From Candidatus Eiseniibacteriota bacterium (GTDB lineage Bacteria; Eisenbacteria; RBG-16-71-46): 64,000 nucleotides of DNA. Where the stretch lies: assembly GCA_038231135.1 (NCBI GenBank), contig JBBRLX010000003.1, positions 64,001-128,000 of the forward strand, read 5' to 3'. The notes under the pieces are model-generated. The model was not told the origin of the DNA and searched no databases. It was given only the letters and a program-made list of their open reading frames with translations. The position numbers and the translations under genes were made by a program. Positions 1 to 8,889 of this stretch are shown in pieces. Within the stretch, counting starts at the first letter, position 1, and every line of letters begins with the position of its first letter.

Positions 1-1077
1 GTGTACGTGTTTCAGGGCTCGGACACCGGGCTCCAGTCCACTCCGCTATGGACGCTCGAGAGCAACGTCGCCGAGGCTCAGTTCGGCCACACCGTGGCGT
101 TCGTGGATCCGAACACCGATTTCGATTCCGACGTGGCGGTTGGTTCGCCGTACATGGGCTCGGCAACGTCCCGCGACCGCGGCCGCGCCGATGTATACCT
201 GTCGAACGGGACCACCCTCGCCAACACGCCGGCATGGAGCGTCACCGGTCCCACCGGTTCGCGGTTCGGCTCGGCGATCTCCGGCGCGGACGATTTCAAC
301 GGTGACGGTTACAACGACGTCGTGGTCGGCGCCCCCGGCTGGACCCGGTTCGAGAACTGGGAGGGCGCGGCGCGGGTGTACCTGGGCGGAGCTTCCGGCC
401 TGACGGCCGTGCCGAGTTGGACGTTCGAAGGCCGCCGCGCCGAGACCGGGTTCGGGAGCTCGGTGTTGCTCATGTCGGATGCCAACGGCGATGGCTTCGC
501 CGAAACAGTGATCGGCGCGCCGGGATGGGACACCGAGCGACCGAATGCCGGCCGGATCTTCATCAAGTACGGCACCGAAGGCGCGTCCACCGATGGCGAT
601 GAGAGCGCCCCGCCCATGGCCGAGCAGATCGATGGAGTGGAACCGGGAGCCACGCTGGGCAGCTCGATCGCAGAACTCGACCTCAACAACGACCTGATCA
701 ACGAATTGCTGGCCGGCTCCCCCGCGCACACCGGCGGACAGCGCGCCGAAGGCGGCGCGACCTGGTACACGTACAGCACGATCGTCACCGGCGTCGGCAG
801 CCCTTCGGATCACGGCCTCGTGATCGAGGCTGTCCGCCCCAATCCCGTGCGGCTCGGGATCGACGTGTGGTTCACGCTGCCTGCCGCCGGCCCGGCCATG
901 CTCGAGCTGCTGGACATCGCCGGACGTCGAGTGGCGTCGCACGACCTCGCCACCTTCGGCCCCGGCCGCCACCACGTGCAACTCGCGGACGCCCGCACGC
1001 TCGCGCCCGGCCTCTACCTCGCGCGGCTCGGCCAGGGCCGCGGCGTGGTGAACGCGAAACTCGCAGTGATTCGGTGA
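1..1077 (+). CDS. FG-GAP (integrin-alpha-like) repeat protein with C-terminal T9SS-A/FlgD-Ig-like sorting domain, 5' partial
   Basis: Repeats FGxxV...DFNGDGYNDVVVGAP and DANGDGFAETVIGAP; C-terminus PNPVR..FTLP..LELLDIAGRRV..PGLYLARL. Confidence 0.85.
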   Translation: MYVFQGSDTGLQSTPLWTLESNVAEAQFGHTVAFVDPNTDFDSDVAVGSPYMGSATSRDRGRADVYLSNGTTLANTPAWSVTGPTGSRFGSAISGADDFNGDGYNDVVVGAPGWTRFENWEGAARVYLGGASGLTAVPSWTFEGRRAETGFGSSVLLMSDANGDGFAETVIGAPGWDTERPNAGRIFIKYGTEGASTDGDESAPPMAEQIDGVEPGATLGSSIAELDLNNDLINELLAGSPAHTGGQRAEGGATWYTYSTIVTGVGSPSDHGLVIEAVRPNPVRLGIDVWFTLPAAGPAMLELLDIAGRRVASHDLATFGPGRHHVQLADARTLAPGLYLARLGQGRGVVNAKLAVIR

Positions 1078-1084
1078 CGATCGC

Positions 1085-1114
1085 TTGACCGCCCGAGCGC
1101 CACTCCGCTAGGTT
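1085..1114 (+). promoter_or_regulatory. Putative sigma70 promoter of tRNA-Glu
   Basis: TTGACC-N18-TAGGTT about 40 nt upstream of the tRNA. Confidence 0.5.
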
Positions 1115-1152
1115 TTCCGCCGCTCGGTGTGCGTCCTCCGCCGATGCTCCGT

Positions 1153-1228
1153 GGCGCTATCGTCTAGGGGTCTAGGACAGATGGTTCTCAGCCATCAGAC
1201 CGGGGTTCGAATCCCCGTAGCGCTACCA
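1153..1228 (+). tRNA. tRNA-Glu (anticodon CTC)
   Basis: 76 nt; acceptor stem GGCGCTA/TAGCGCT; anticodon arm GATGG-TTCTCAG-CCATC; T-loop GGTTCGAATCC; encoded CCA. Confidence 0.97.
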
Positions 1229-1259
1229 ATTTCGCAGCGACTTAGGGGCGTCTGACGCC

Positions 1260-1823
1260 TCAGGCACCGGTGGTGCCATAAATGGTGCCATTAATCCGCG
1301 CCGCTTCGGCCGCGACCACCCATGGACGCAACCGGCCGTAGCGCTCGGTCAGCTTGATTGTCGAGTGCCCGAGAATGCGCTGAAGTGCTTCCAGCGAGCC
1401 CCCGTGTTCGAGGAATCTGGTTGCGAACGTGTGGCGCAGTCGATGCGGCGTGAAATCCTTCACCCATGAATTGCGGATGACGAAGCGCCGGATCCACGAA
1501 GTCGTCTCGGGCAGCCAGCCGAAGATGAGTGCGTCCTTATCGGCCGGCCGCTTCAGGGAATCCAACACCGCCGCGGCTTCGAACATCAATGGTACCTCGC
1601 GCATCTTCCGGCTCTTCGTCGGACCATCGTGCGACTTGGATACCAGCAGGTGTGGGTAGGGCGTTTCCCGGCGACCCTTCCAGGCAAGGCCGCGTATCTC
1701 GCCCCATCCAAGGCCGGTCGCGACCGCCAGGATGAACACGGGCTTTCATTGTTCGGGTGTCACCCGGACGACTTCGGCCAGTTCAAGATCAGTAAGCGAG
1801 AGTCTGGTGCCTGCTCGGGGAGA
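1260..1823 (-). pseudogene. Tyrosine recombinase/integrase, C-terminal remnant
   Basis: HRLRHT and LGHSTIKLTERY motifs; box I reads TGLGWGE (Arg replaced by Gly); in-frame TGA at 1746-1748; truncated at the IS3 end; abuts the tRNA 3' end. Confidence 0.88.
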
Positions 1824-2189
1824 TGCTCTGACCCCCAATTCGCCGAGACACCTTCACGAGGTAGCATCAAACCATCGAGGAGGTTGTCATGGACCACGTG
1901 GCACGGGGTTCGGATGGGCGCCGATTGTTCACGCCGGAGTTCAAGCGTGAGCAGGTCGCTCGGCTGGTTCGCGGTGAACTGACGCTCACGGAACTCAGCC
2001 GCGAGTTGGAGATCTCGCGCAGTGTCCTGCAGCGCTGGAAGCACCTGATCGCCCAGGGCGGCGAGACCGCGGTGGCCGCGAACGAGGACGTAATCCCAGC
2101 GAGCGAGCTGCGGGCAGCCCAGCAGAAGATCGGCGCGAACAGAGGTCAATAGCGGTCACCGGGTGTCTCACGAAATAGGGGTCAGAGCG
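1824..2189 (+). mobile_element. Internally deleted IS3-family element retaining both terminal inverted repeats and truncated orfA (1889-2152)
   Basis: IRL TGCTCTGACCCCCAATTCGCCGAGACACC (1824-1852) matches the reverse complement of 2162-2189, CGCTCTGACCCCTATTTCGTGAGACACC; OrfA HTH RRLFTPEFKREQV...SVLQRWK; no DDE orfB. Confidence 0.88.
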
Positions 2190-2366
2190 CGGTGGCGGAA
2201 GCGCCGGACGCCGACACCTCCTCCTGAGATCGATCCTGCTTCGGCACCGTGAACCGGACACGGTCCCTACGGCGGTGTGCAGCGGACAACGCGTCCTGCC
2301 GATAACAAGGTGTTGGGCACGACGCGCGTGTCCACGCGGCAAGATCACCAGAGTCCTGGAGGCTTG

Positions 2367-5027
2367 ATGCACACTCATAGTCGTGTCCTCGCCGTCGCTG
2401 CGGTGTCGATCGCAGCCCTGATGTCGAGCTCGGCCGCGGGTGCGCCGTTGTTCTCAGCACCGTTCCTGGCGTTTGATGTCGGGAGGTCGGCGGACGGGTT
2501 CGCGATCGCGGACTTCAACGGGGATGGGGTGCCGGATATCGCCGTCGCGACGCGCGACGGCGTCCGGCTGTACAGGGGCGTCGGGGATGGCACGTTTGTC
2601 TCCATGACCTGGTACGACGGCAAGCCCCCGATCGCTGCCGCGGACATCAACGGAGATGGCCGGGTGGATTTTGTTTCCGCAGATCTGGACGGGAATGGGC
2701 CGGAACTGCGGCTCGGGCGCGGCGACTTTACGTTTGGATCGGATCTGCTGGGTATAACGGGAACGTCTGGCATAAGCCGCCTTGCCCTTGAGGATCTTAA
2801 CCAGGATGGCCGCCCCGACTTGCTCACCGTTCGCCAGAACGTACCACTGCTCACGATTTCTCTGTGGGACTCGGAGGGGAATGGGTGGTTCATGTTTCCT
2901 GTAACGGGTATGGACATGATGAATCCAAGCTTGGTAGTTGGCGACCTCAACGGCGATGGCAGACGCGACATCGCGATGGCGGGAGGGCCAGGAGTCGTCA
3001 CGCTCATGGGCCTGGGCACCGGAGCGTTCGCCACGCGGGTGGAATGGCCCGTCAACACCCCGGCGAATCGCGTGGCGATCGGCGACGTGAATGGTGACGC
3101 ATATCCCGACGTGGTGTTCTGGGGTCCAGCCTCCGCACCCGTGGCATTCCTGCCGGGCCGCGGCGACGGCACTTTCGGGGCGGAACAGGAAATGCGCATT
3201 CCCGGCGTGTCTGGGGAACTCTCGATTGCCGACGTGAATGGTGACGGCCGCGCGGACATCGTCGTAACGAGCCCCTCAACGTGCAGGCTAACGACCTATC
3301 TCCAGGATGCGAGCGGTGCGTTCGACGCAGGGCACGACTCTGACGCCGGCTCCGGGCCCCGCACTCTAGCGATGGCTGACGTCAACGGCGACGGGCGGAT
3401 TGACGCGGTGGTGGGGGACATGACGTCGAACTCGTTCGCGGTGCTCCTCGGACAAGCGAACGGCCAGCTGGGTTGTGTCGGTATTCCCGTGGATCATCCG
3501 AGCGATGTCACCCTTGCAGATCTCGACCGCGACGGCCACATCGACCTGCTCAGCGCATGTGACAGCACCGGCCAAGTGGAGGTCCGCCGGGGAAACGGCA
3601 ATGGCGCGTTCGGCGCGCCCACGGGGTACGCAGTGGGCGCGGGGGTTTCGTCCATCGTGACCGGGGACTTCGATGGTGACGGTGTTCTCGACCTCGCGAT
3701 GGCCGGCAACGACTCCGTGGTCACGCTACACGGCCGCGGAGACGGCACGTTCGACGCTCCTGTCCACTTCGCCGCCCCGTCGCCCTCTCGCTGCATCGTC
3801 GGCGATCTCGACCGCGACGGCGTACCAGATCTGGTCGTATGCAGTCAGAGCACAAATAGCGTGACCACCCTGCGCGGCCACGGGGACGGGACGTTCACGA
3901 GCCTTGGGGGTTTCGCTACGGGCGCGTCGCCGGCCGAGCCGGTGCTCGCCGACTGGAACGGCGATGGGTATCTCGATCTTGCGGTCGTGAACCAAGCTTC
4001 GAACTCAGTTTCGATGTTGCTCGGGCGCGGGGATGGTGGCTTTGAGCCTGCTCGCGACATCGCCGTCGGCGTGGGGCCCTTGGATATCGTCGCGGCGGAT
4101 GCCGATCACGACGGTCGCATGGACCTGATTGTCGCCCTCGCCGGCGACTCCCGTACGCCGCGGCAGATCGTATTCCTGCGCGGGCAGGGCGACGGGTCGT
4201 TCGGGCTGGGCGTCGCGTTCGGTGTGGGGGACTACGCGCGCATGCTGGCGGTGGCGGACTTTGATGCCGATGGATCGATCGATGTCGCTGCGACGAGCCC
4301 ATTCACGCAGACGGTGTCCGTGTACCGTGGCGCGGGCAATGGTACGTTCGCGCCGAAGCAGGACTTCGGCACCGGCCCGTATGCGAATCGATTGGCCGTC
4401 GGCGATGTCAACAGCGACGGCCTGCCTGACCTTGCCATCGCCACCACGTACCCGGGCGCGGTAACGCTCCTGCTCAACACGAATATCGACTACCCGACAC
4501 CGGTCGCACTCTCGTTCATCGACGCCACATGGACCGCCGATGGCGTTACGCTGCGTTGGGCTTCGAGCAATAGTGCTGCCATCACCATCGAGCGCAGCGA
4601 CGCGCCCATGGGGCCGTGGATGAAAATCAACTCGAACGTGGAGGTCATGGACGACATCTTCACCGCGGTAGATCGCGACGCGGACCGCGCGCATTCGCAC
4701 TACTACCGAATCGTTGCCGGTACCGCCGCCTCGGAGGCGGTGTTCGTCGAGGCCCCACGCACCGCCGCGCTCGCGCTCTCAGTCGCACCGAATCCCGCGC
4801 GACGGATCGCGACGATCTCTTACACCCTTTCACGTCCCGGCCGAGTCCGCCTTACGGTTGCCGATGTTCAGGGCCGTGTCATTGCTCGGCCCGTGGACGT
4901 GATGCAACCTGCCGGGGCGCATGAGGTCCGATTCGACATGGGCGCGCATATTAGAGCCGGTATTGCGTTCGTTCGGCTTGAGGCAGAGGGCCGTCAACTA
5001 ACGAGGCGCTACGTTCTGGCGCCCTAA
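2367..5027 (+). CDS. Secreted FG-GAP/VCBS repeat protein with C-terminal T9SS-A/FlgD-Ig-like domain
   Basis: GGAGG RBS; signal peptide; about 13 DxNGDGxxD repeats; PTPVALSF..VTLRW module; terminal PNPARR..YTL..DVQGR. Confidence 0.88.
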   Translation: MHTHSRVLAVAAVSIAALMSSSAAGAPLFSAPFLAFDVGRSADGFAIADFNGDGVPDIAVATRDGVRLYRGVGDGTFVSMTWYDGKPPIAAADINGDGRVDFVSADLDGNGPELRLGRGDFTFGSDLLGITGTSGISRLALEDLNQDGRPDLLTVRQNVPLLTISLWDSEGNGWFMFPVTGMDMMNPSLVVGDLNGDGRRDIAMAGGPGVVTLMGLGTGAFATRVEWPVNTPANRVAIGDVNGDAYPDVVFWGPASAPVAFLPGRGDGTFGAEQEMRIPGVSGELSIADVNGDGRADIVVTSPSTCRLTTYLQDASGAFDAGHDSDAGSGPRTLAMADVNGDGRIDAVVGDMTSNSFAVLLGQANGQLGCVGIPVDHPSDVTLADLDRDGHIDLLSACDSTGQVEVRRGNGNGAFGAPTGYAVGAGVSSIVTGDFDGDGVLDLAMAGNDSVVTLHGRGDGTFDAPVHFAAPSPSRCIVGDLDRDGVPDLVVCSQSTNSVTTLRGHGDGTFTSLGGFATGASPAEPVLADWNGDGYLDLAVVNQASNSVSMLLGRGDGGFEPARDIAVGVGPLDIVAADADHDGRMDLIVALAGDSRTPRQIVFLRGQGDGSFGLGVAFGVGDYARMLAVADFDADGSIDVAATSPFTQTVSVYRGAGNGTFAPKQDFGTGPYANRLAVGDVNSDGLPDLAIATTYPGAVTLLLNTNIDYPTPVALSFIDATWTADGVTLRWASSNSAAITIERSDAPMGPWMKINSNVEVMDDIFTAVDRDADRAHSHYYRIVAGTAASEAVFVEAPRTAALALSVAPNPARRIATISYTLSRPGRVRLTVADVQGRVIARPVDVMQPAGAHEVRFDMGAHIRAGIAFVRLEAEGRQLTRRYVLAP

Positions 5028-5136
5028 CCCAGACGAAGACAACGGCCGCCCGCTGAGTGGACGTTTTCTCCTGCTCGCGATTGACCTCTGACAGCCATCG
5101 CCTGGCTACCCGCCGCGCGGTTCCCTCACGACCTCG

Positions 5137-5365
5137 CTAGCTGCGACAGCAGATACGTATGGGCGCGCCCTGTTCCCGCATCTTCATCGCGATGGGAACG
5201 GTGACGAAGCCGGCCAGCAGCTTTTTGGTCTTGAGCGCCTCGATGATGGACGGGAACTCGGCGAAACGGATGGCGTCGAATTCCGTGCCGGTCGTGCTCG
5301 TGCGGGAGGCGAAGTCGGTGACGGGGCAGGTGAGATGGCAGGTCACCGGCAGGAACGCCACCTCG
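5137..5365 (-). pseudogene. Fragment of NitT/TauT-family ABC substrate-binding protein
   Basis: FLPVTCHLTCPVTD...FAEFPSIIEAL...FVTVPIAMKMREQG; truncated at both ends. Confidence 0.6.
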
Positions 5366-5370
5366 AGGGG

Positions 5371-5714
5371 CTGGCGGTGTCCCTCACGTTCGCTACGAAG
5401 CGGTTCTCCATGGCGGGATCTTCCGGAGCGCTACGGACCGTGGCAGACGGTGTTTCATCAGTTCAACTCCTGGCGCCGCGCCGGGGTCTTTGACCGGGTG
5501 ATGGCAGCCCTGCAGATCCGGCTGGATGTGGAGGGCCACATCGACTGGGATCTCTTCTGCGTGGACGGCTCCAACATCCGAGCCTCCCGCGCGGCCGCAG
5601 GGGCCGGAAAAAGGGGGCCCCACGGAGCCCAAAGACCACGCACTGGGTCGCTCGCGCGGCGGATTCGGGAGCAAGATCCATGTGGTCGCTGACGGTCACG
5701 GAGTCCCCCTCGCC
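5371..5714 (+). mobile_element. IS5-family transposase fragment
   Basis: GSPWRDLPERYGPWQTV..VDGSNIRASRAAAG, then after a frame change at AAAAGGGGG, LGRSRGGFGSKIHVVADGHGVPL; no termini recognised. Confidence 0.85.
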
Positions 5715-5833
5715 GACGGTCCCACGATCGCGACGAATTCTCCGCGGGCGATGTCGAGCGAGAGATCGTGAATCGCTTCGAGCGGGTCGAATCGGCGGCA
5801 GACCCCGCGCAACTTCAGAACCTCATGCCTCAC
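5714..5833 (-). pseudogene. N-terminal fragment of ABC ATP-binding protein
   Basis: Manual translation VRHEVLKLRGVCRRFDPLEAIHDLSLDIARGEFVAIVGPS breaks inside Walker A at the IS5 junction. Confidence 0.75.
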
Positions 5834-5871
5834 GGCACACCGCCCGCCGTGGTTCCATACGACTCCGCGTT

Positions 5872-6147
5872 CTACCGCTCATAGCCCCACCGCACGCTGG
5901 GGATGCGCGTCAGCTTCACGAGGGGGCGGTCCATGATGACGCGCCGACCAGCCCGATCAGGATCATGCCCCACGACCAGCAGGTCCGGGCGCAGCGCGTT
6001 CCGGGCCCGCTCACGAGTTCCTCTCGAAACCCCTGGACGACTTCCATGGGTGAGGGCACGGAACCGGGGGGAAACACGCGCGCGCGGCTGCACAGCGTCC
6101 AGAGGATCACGGCAGCCGCGGGGAAGACCAGCGGAAGCAGCCTCCGT
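5872..6147 (-). pseudogene. NitT/TauT ABC permease remnant (internal deletion, frameshifts)
   Basis: N-terminal VPSPMEVVQGFREELVSG joined to C-terminal ARNALRPDLLVVG / MILIGLVG / IMDR..VRWGYER in different frames. Confidence 0.7.
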
Positions 6148-6379
6148 TAAGAATGCTGACCGGGTCCGTCTGGGATCGCCCACCGGGGTCTTCACACGCC
6201 TTGGATAGGGCAGAACGGCCGAGGTGCGTATCTGCCGGGCCCGGTCGGAATTTCTGCCATGGATCACCCAAATCGATCCCCGGAGGGGCTTTGGGGAACC
6301 TTGTTCCGGCTTTCGCCGTAATCCCCTTGCGAAGGGTGGTCCCGCGTAACATCTTGGCGTCGGAGAGACTGGAGGCTGG

Positions 6380-7654
6380 ATGGCGATGAAGAGGAAATTC
6401 TGGATCATCACCGGGGGGGCCGTAGCGGTCCTCCTTATCGTCGGTGTCCTGGCCGCCCGCGGCCGCGGTCAGAAGCCGTTGGGGGTTCAAACCGCCAAAG
6501 TGGACCGCCAGAAGATCGTCCAGAAGGTCAGCGCGACGGGAAAGATCCAGCCCAAGACCAAGGTCGACATCAGCGCCGACGTGAGCGGGAAGATCGAGAA
6601 ACTGCCCGTCGTCGAGGGGCAGTGGGTCGAGAAGGGCGCGTTCCTCATCGGACTGGCGCGCGAGCGCTACCTCGCCGCGGTCGAGAGCGCCGTCGCCAAC
6701 GTCAGCGCCGCCCAGGCCAACGCGGCGCTGGTGAACGAGAACCTGACCCGCACCAAGAACGAGTTCGAGCGATCCAAATCGCTGCTGGCGAGTGGCAACG
6801 AGTCGAAGGCGGCCTACGAGTCGAAGCAAGCCGACCACATGGTCGAGGTCGCGCGCTACAAGTCCGCGCAGGATCAGGTCGCGCAGGCCTCCGCTGCGCT
6901 CAAACAGGCTCGCGACGATCTGGCCAAGACCACGATCTACGCACCCATGGCGGGGACGATCAGCGCGCTGAACAAGGAGCAGGGCGAGATCGCGCTGGGC
7001 TCCCAGTTCCAGAAGGACGTCATCCTCGTGATCGGCGACCTCACGCAGATGGAGGCGCAGGTGAACGTCGACGAGAACGACGTCGGGTCGATCGCCATCG
7101 GCCAGAAGGCCGAGATCCAGGTCGATGCCCTGCCCGGCCGCATGCTGACGGGCGTCGTGTCCGAGATCTCGAGCAGCGCGAACACCTCGGGCAACGGCAC
7201 CACGGAGCAGAAGACCGAATTCGCCGTCAAGATCAGTGTCACCGACCCTCCCAAGGATCTGCGCCCCGGCATGACGGCCAGCGCCGAAATCATCACGAAG
7301 ACGGAGGACCGGGCGCTGAGCGTTCCCATCCAGAGCGTCGCGGTCCGCACCATCGATCAACTCGAGAAGAAGGGCGAGAAGCGCAAGGACGCGGAGCAGC
7401 GCTACAAGGCCGACAAGGACGGCTTCGCGGAGATCGTGTTCTGCGTGGAGAGCGGCAAGGCCACGGCGAAGCAGGTCAAGACCGGGATCCAGAGCGAGAA
7501 CCTGATCCAGATCCTCGAGGGCCTCAAGGAGGGCGACGAGGTCGTCACCGGCAGCTACCGGGCGATCTCGAAGGACCTCGTGAACGGCGCCGTGGTGACG
7601 ATCAGCAAGGAGCCGTTGAAGGACGGCGGCGACAAGGGGGCGAAACCCGAATGA
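6380..7654 (+). CDS. Efflux periplasmic adaptor subunit (MacA/HlyD-like)
   Basis: N-terminal TM; VSATGKIQP; coiled coil; IYAPMAGTI; VDENDV; LRPGMTA. Confidence 0.92.
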   Translation: MAMKRKFWIITGGAVAVLLIVGVLAARGRGQKPLGVQTAKVDRQKIVQKVSATGKIQPKTKVDISADVSGKIEKLPVVEGQWVEKGAFLIGLARERYLAAVESAVANVSAAQANAALVNENLTRTKNEFERSKSLLASGNESKAAYESKQADHMVEVARYKSAQDQVAQASAALKQARDDLAKTTIYAPMAGTISALNKEQGEIALGSQFQKDVILVIGDLTQMEAQVNVDENDVGSIAIGQKAEIQVDALPGRMLTGVVSEISSSANTSGNGTTEQKTEFAVKISVTDPPKDLRPGMTASAEIITKTEDRALSVPIQSVAVRTIDQLEKKGEKRKDAEQRYKADKDGFAEIVFCVESGKATAKQVKTGIQSENLIQILEGLKEGDEVVTGSYRAISKDLVNGAVVTISKEPLKDGGDKGAKPE

Positions 7655-8889
7655 GCGCGCCGGTCGCGTTCCAGGAGTCGATTCCGATTGCCATCGACGC
7701 GCTGCGCGCCAACAAGGCGCGCGGGGCCCTGACGACGCTCGGCATCATCATCGGCATCGTCGCGGTCGTGCTCACGATGACGGCCGCGAACGGGCTCCAG
7801 AACAAGTTCCGCGAGAGCTTCTCGTCGGTCGGCACCGACGTCATCTACGTGTCGCGCATGCCGTGGGTCGTGCTGAACGACTTCTTCAAGTATCGCAACC
7901 GCCCGGGCATCGCGCTGCGGGAGGCTCGCGCACTCGAGGACCGGTTCCGCGGCCAGGCGATCGTGAACCCGACGGTGAACGGCCAGCGCGACGTGAAGTT
8001 CCGGGATCAGACGATGGATGGCGTCACCATCATCGGCACCACCGAGAAGCAGTCCGTCATCTCGAGCGCGCTGCCGCAGACCGGGCGCTTCCTGCTGCCG
8101 TTCGACGTCGCCTACAAGCGCGACGTCTGCGTCATTGGCTCCGAGATCCAGAAGAGCCTGTTCGGCGCCGTTCCCCCCATCAACAAACAGATGATGATCG
8201 GACGCACCACGTTCCGGGTGATCGGCGTGATGGAGAAGCAGGGCGGCAGCTTCCTCGGCGGGCCCAACTTCGATCGCCAGATCTTCATCCCCATAACCTC
8301 CTACATGCGGGCGTTCAGCGGTGGCCAGGGCCACGAGGACGTCAACATCGCCGTCAAGGCGCCGCGCCAGGAGGGGCTGAGCGATCTCGAATACAACGTC
8401 ATCGGCCAGATGCGGACGATCCGCCGGCTGCGGCCGATCACGTCCGACAACTTCTCGATCAACAAGCTGGACACGCTGGTCGGGACGTTCAACAACGTGA
8501 TGGGCGTGCTGCTGCTCGTGGGCCTCGTGGTGACGAGCATCTCGCTGTTCGTCGGCGCCGTGGGAGTGATGAACGTCATGTTCGTCACGGTCACCGAGCG
8601 CACCCGCGAGATCGGCATCCGCAAGGCGATCGGCGCCACGCGGCGCAGCATCCTGCTGCAGTTCCTGTGCGAGTCCTCCATCATCGGCCTGCTGGGCGGC
8701 GCGATCGGGATCGCGCTCTCGGTGATCCTGACCGCGGTGATCAACGCGGTGCTGATGCCCGCGGCCGTGTCGTGGCCGATCGTCGCGGTCGCCGTCGTGG
8801 TCTCGGCGGGAGTCGGCATCCTCGCCGGCGTGGCGCCGGCCTGGCGTGGGGCGAGTCTGGACCCCGTCGAAGCGCTGCGCTATGAGTGA
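7651..8889 (+). CDS. MacB/FtsX-like ABC permease (no ATPase domain)
   Basis: ATGA overlap with upstream stop; LTTLGIIIGI; VTERTREIGIRKAIGA; LDPVEALRYE. Confidence 0.92.
   Translation: MSAPVAFQESIPIAIDALRANKARGALTTLGIIIGIVAVVLTMTAANGLQNKFRESFSSVGTDVIYVSRMPWVVLNDFFKYRNRPGIALREARALEDRFRGQAIVNPTVNGQRDVKFRDQTMDGVTIIGTTEKQSVISSALPQTGRFLLPFDVAYKRDVCVIGSEIQKSLFGAVPPINKQMMIGRTTFRVIGVMEKQGGSFLGGPNFDRQIFIPITSYMRAFSGGQGHEDVNIAVKAPRQEGLSDLEYNVIGQMRTIRRLRPITSDNFSINKLDTLVGTFNNVMGVLLLVGLVVTSISLFVGAVGVMNVMFVTVTERTREIGIRKAIGATRRSILLQFLCESSIIGLLGGAIGIALSVILTAVINAVLMPAAVSWPIVAVAVVVSAGVGILAGVAPAWRGASLDPVEALRYE

Noticed and set aside
6622..7650. N-terminal extension of ORF 6622-8889 as a possible MacB ATPase domain
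   Set aside because: It overlaps the adaptor gene out of frame and has no Walker motifs; the real start is ATG 7651.
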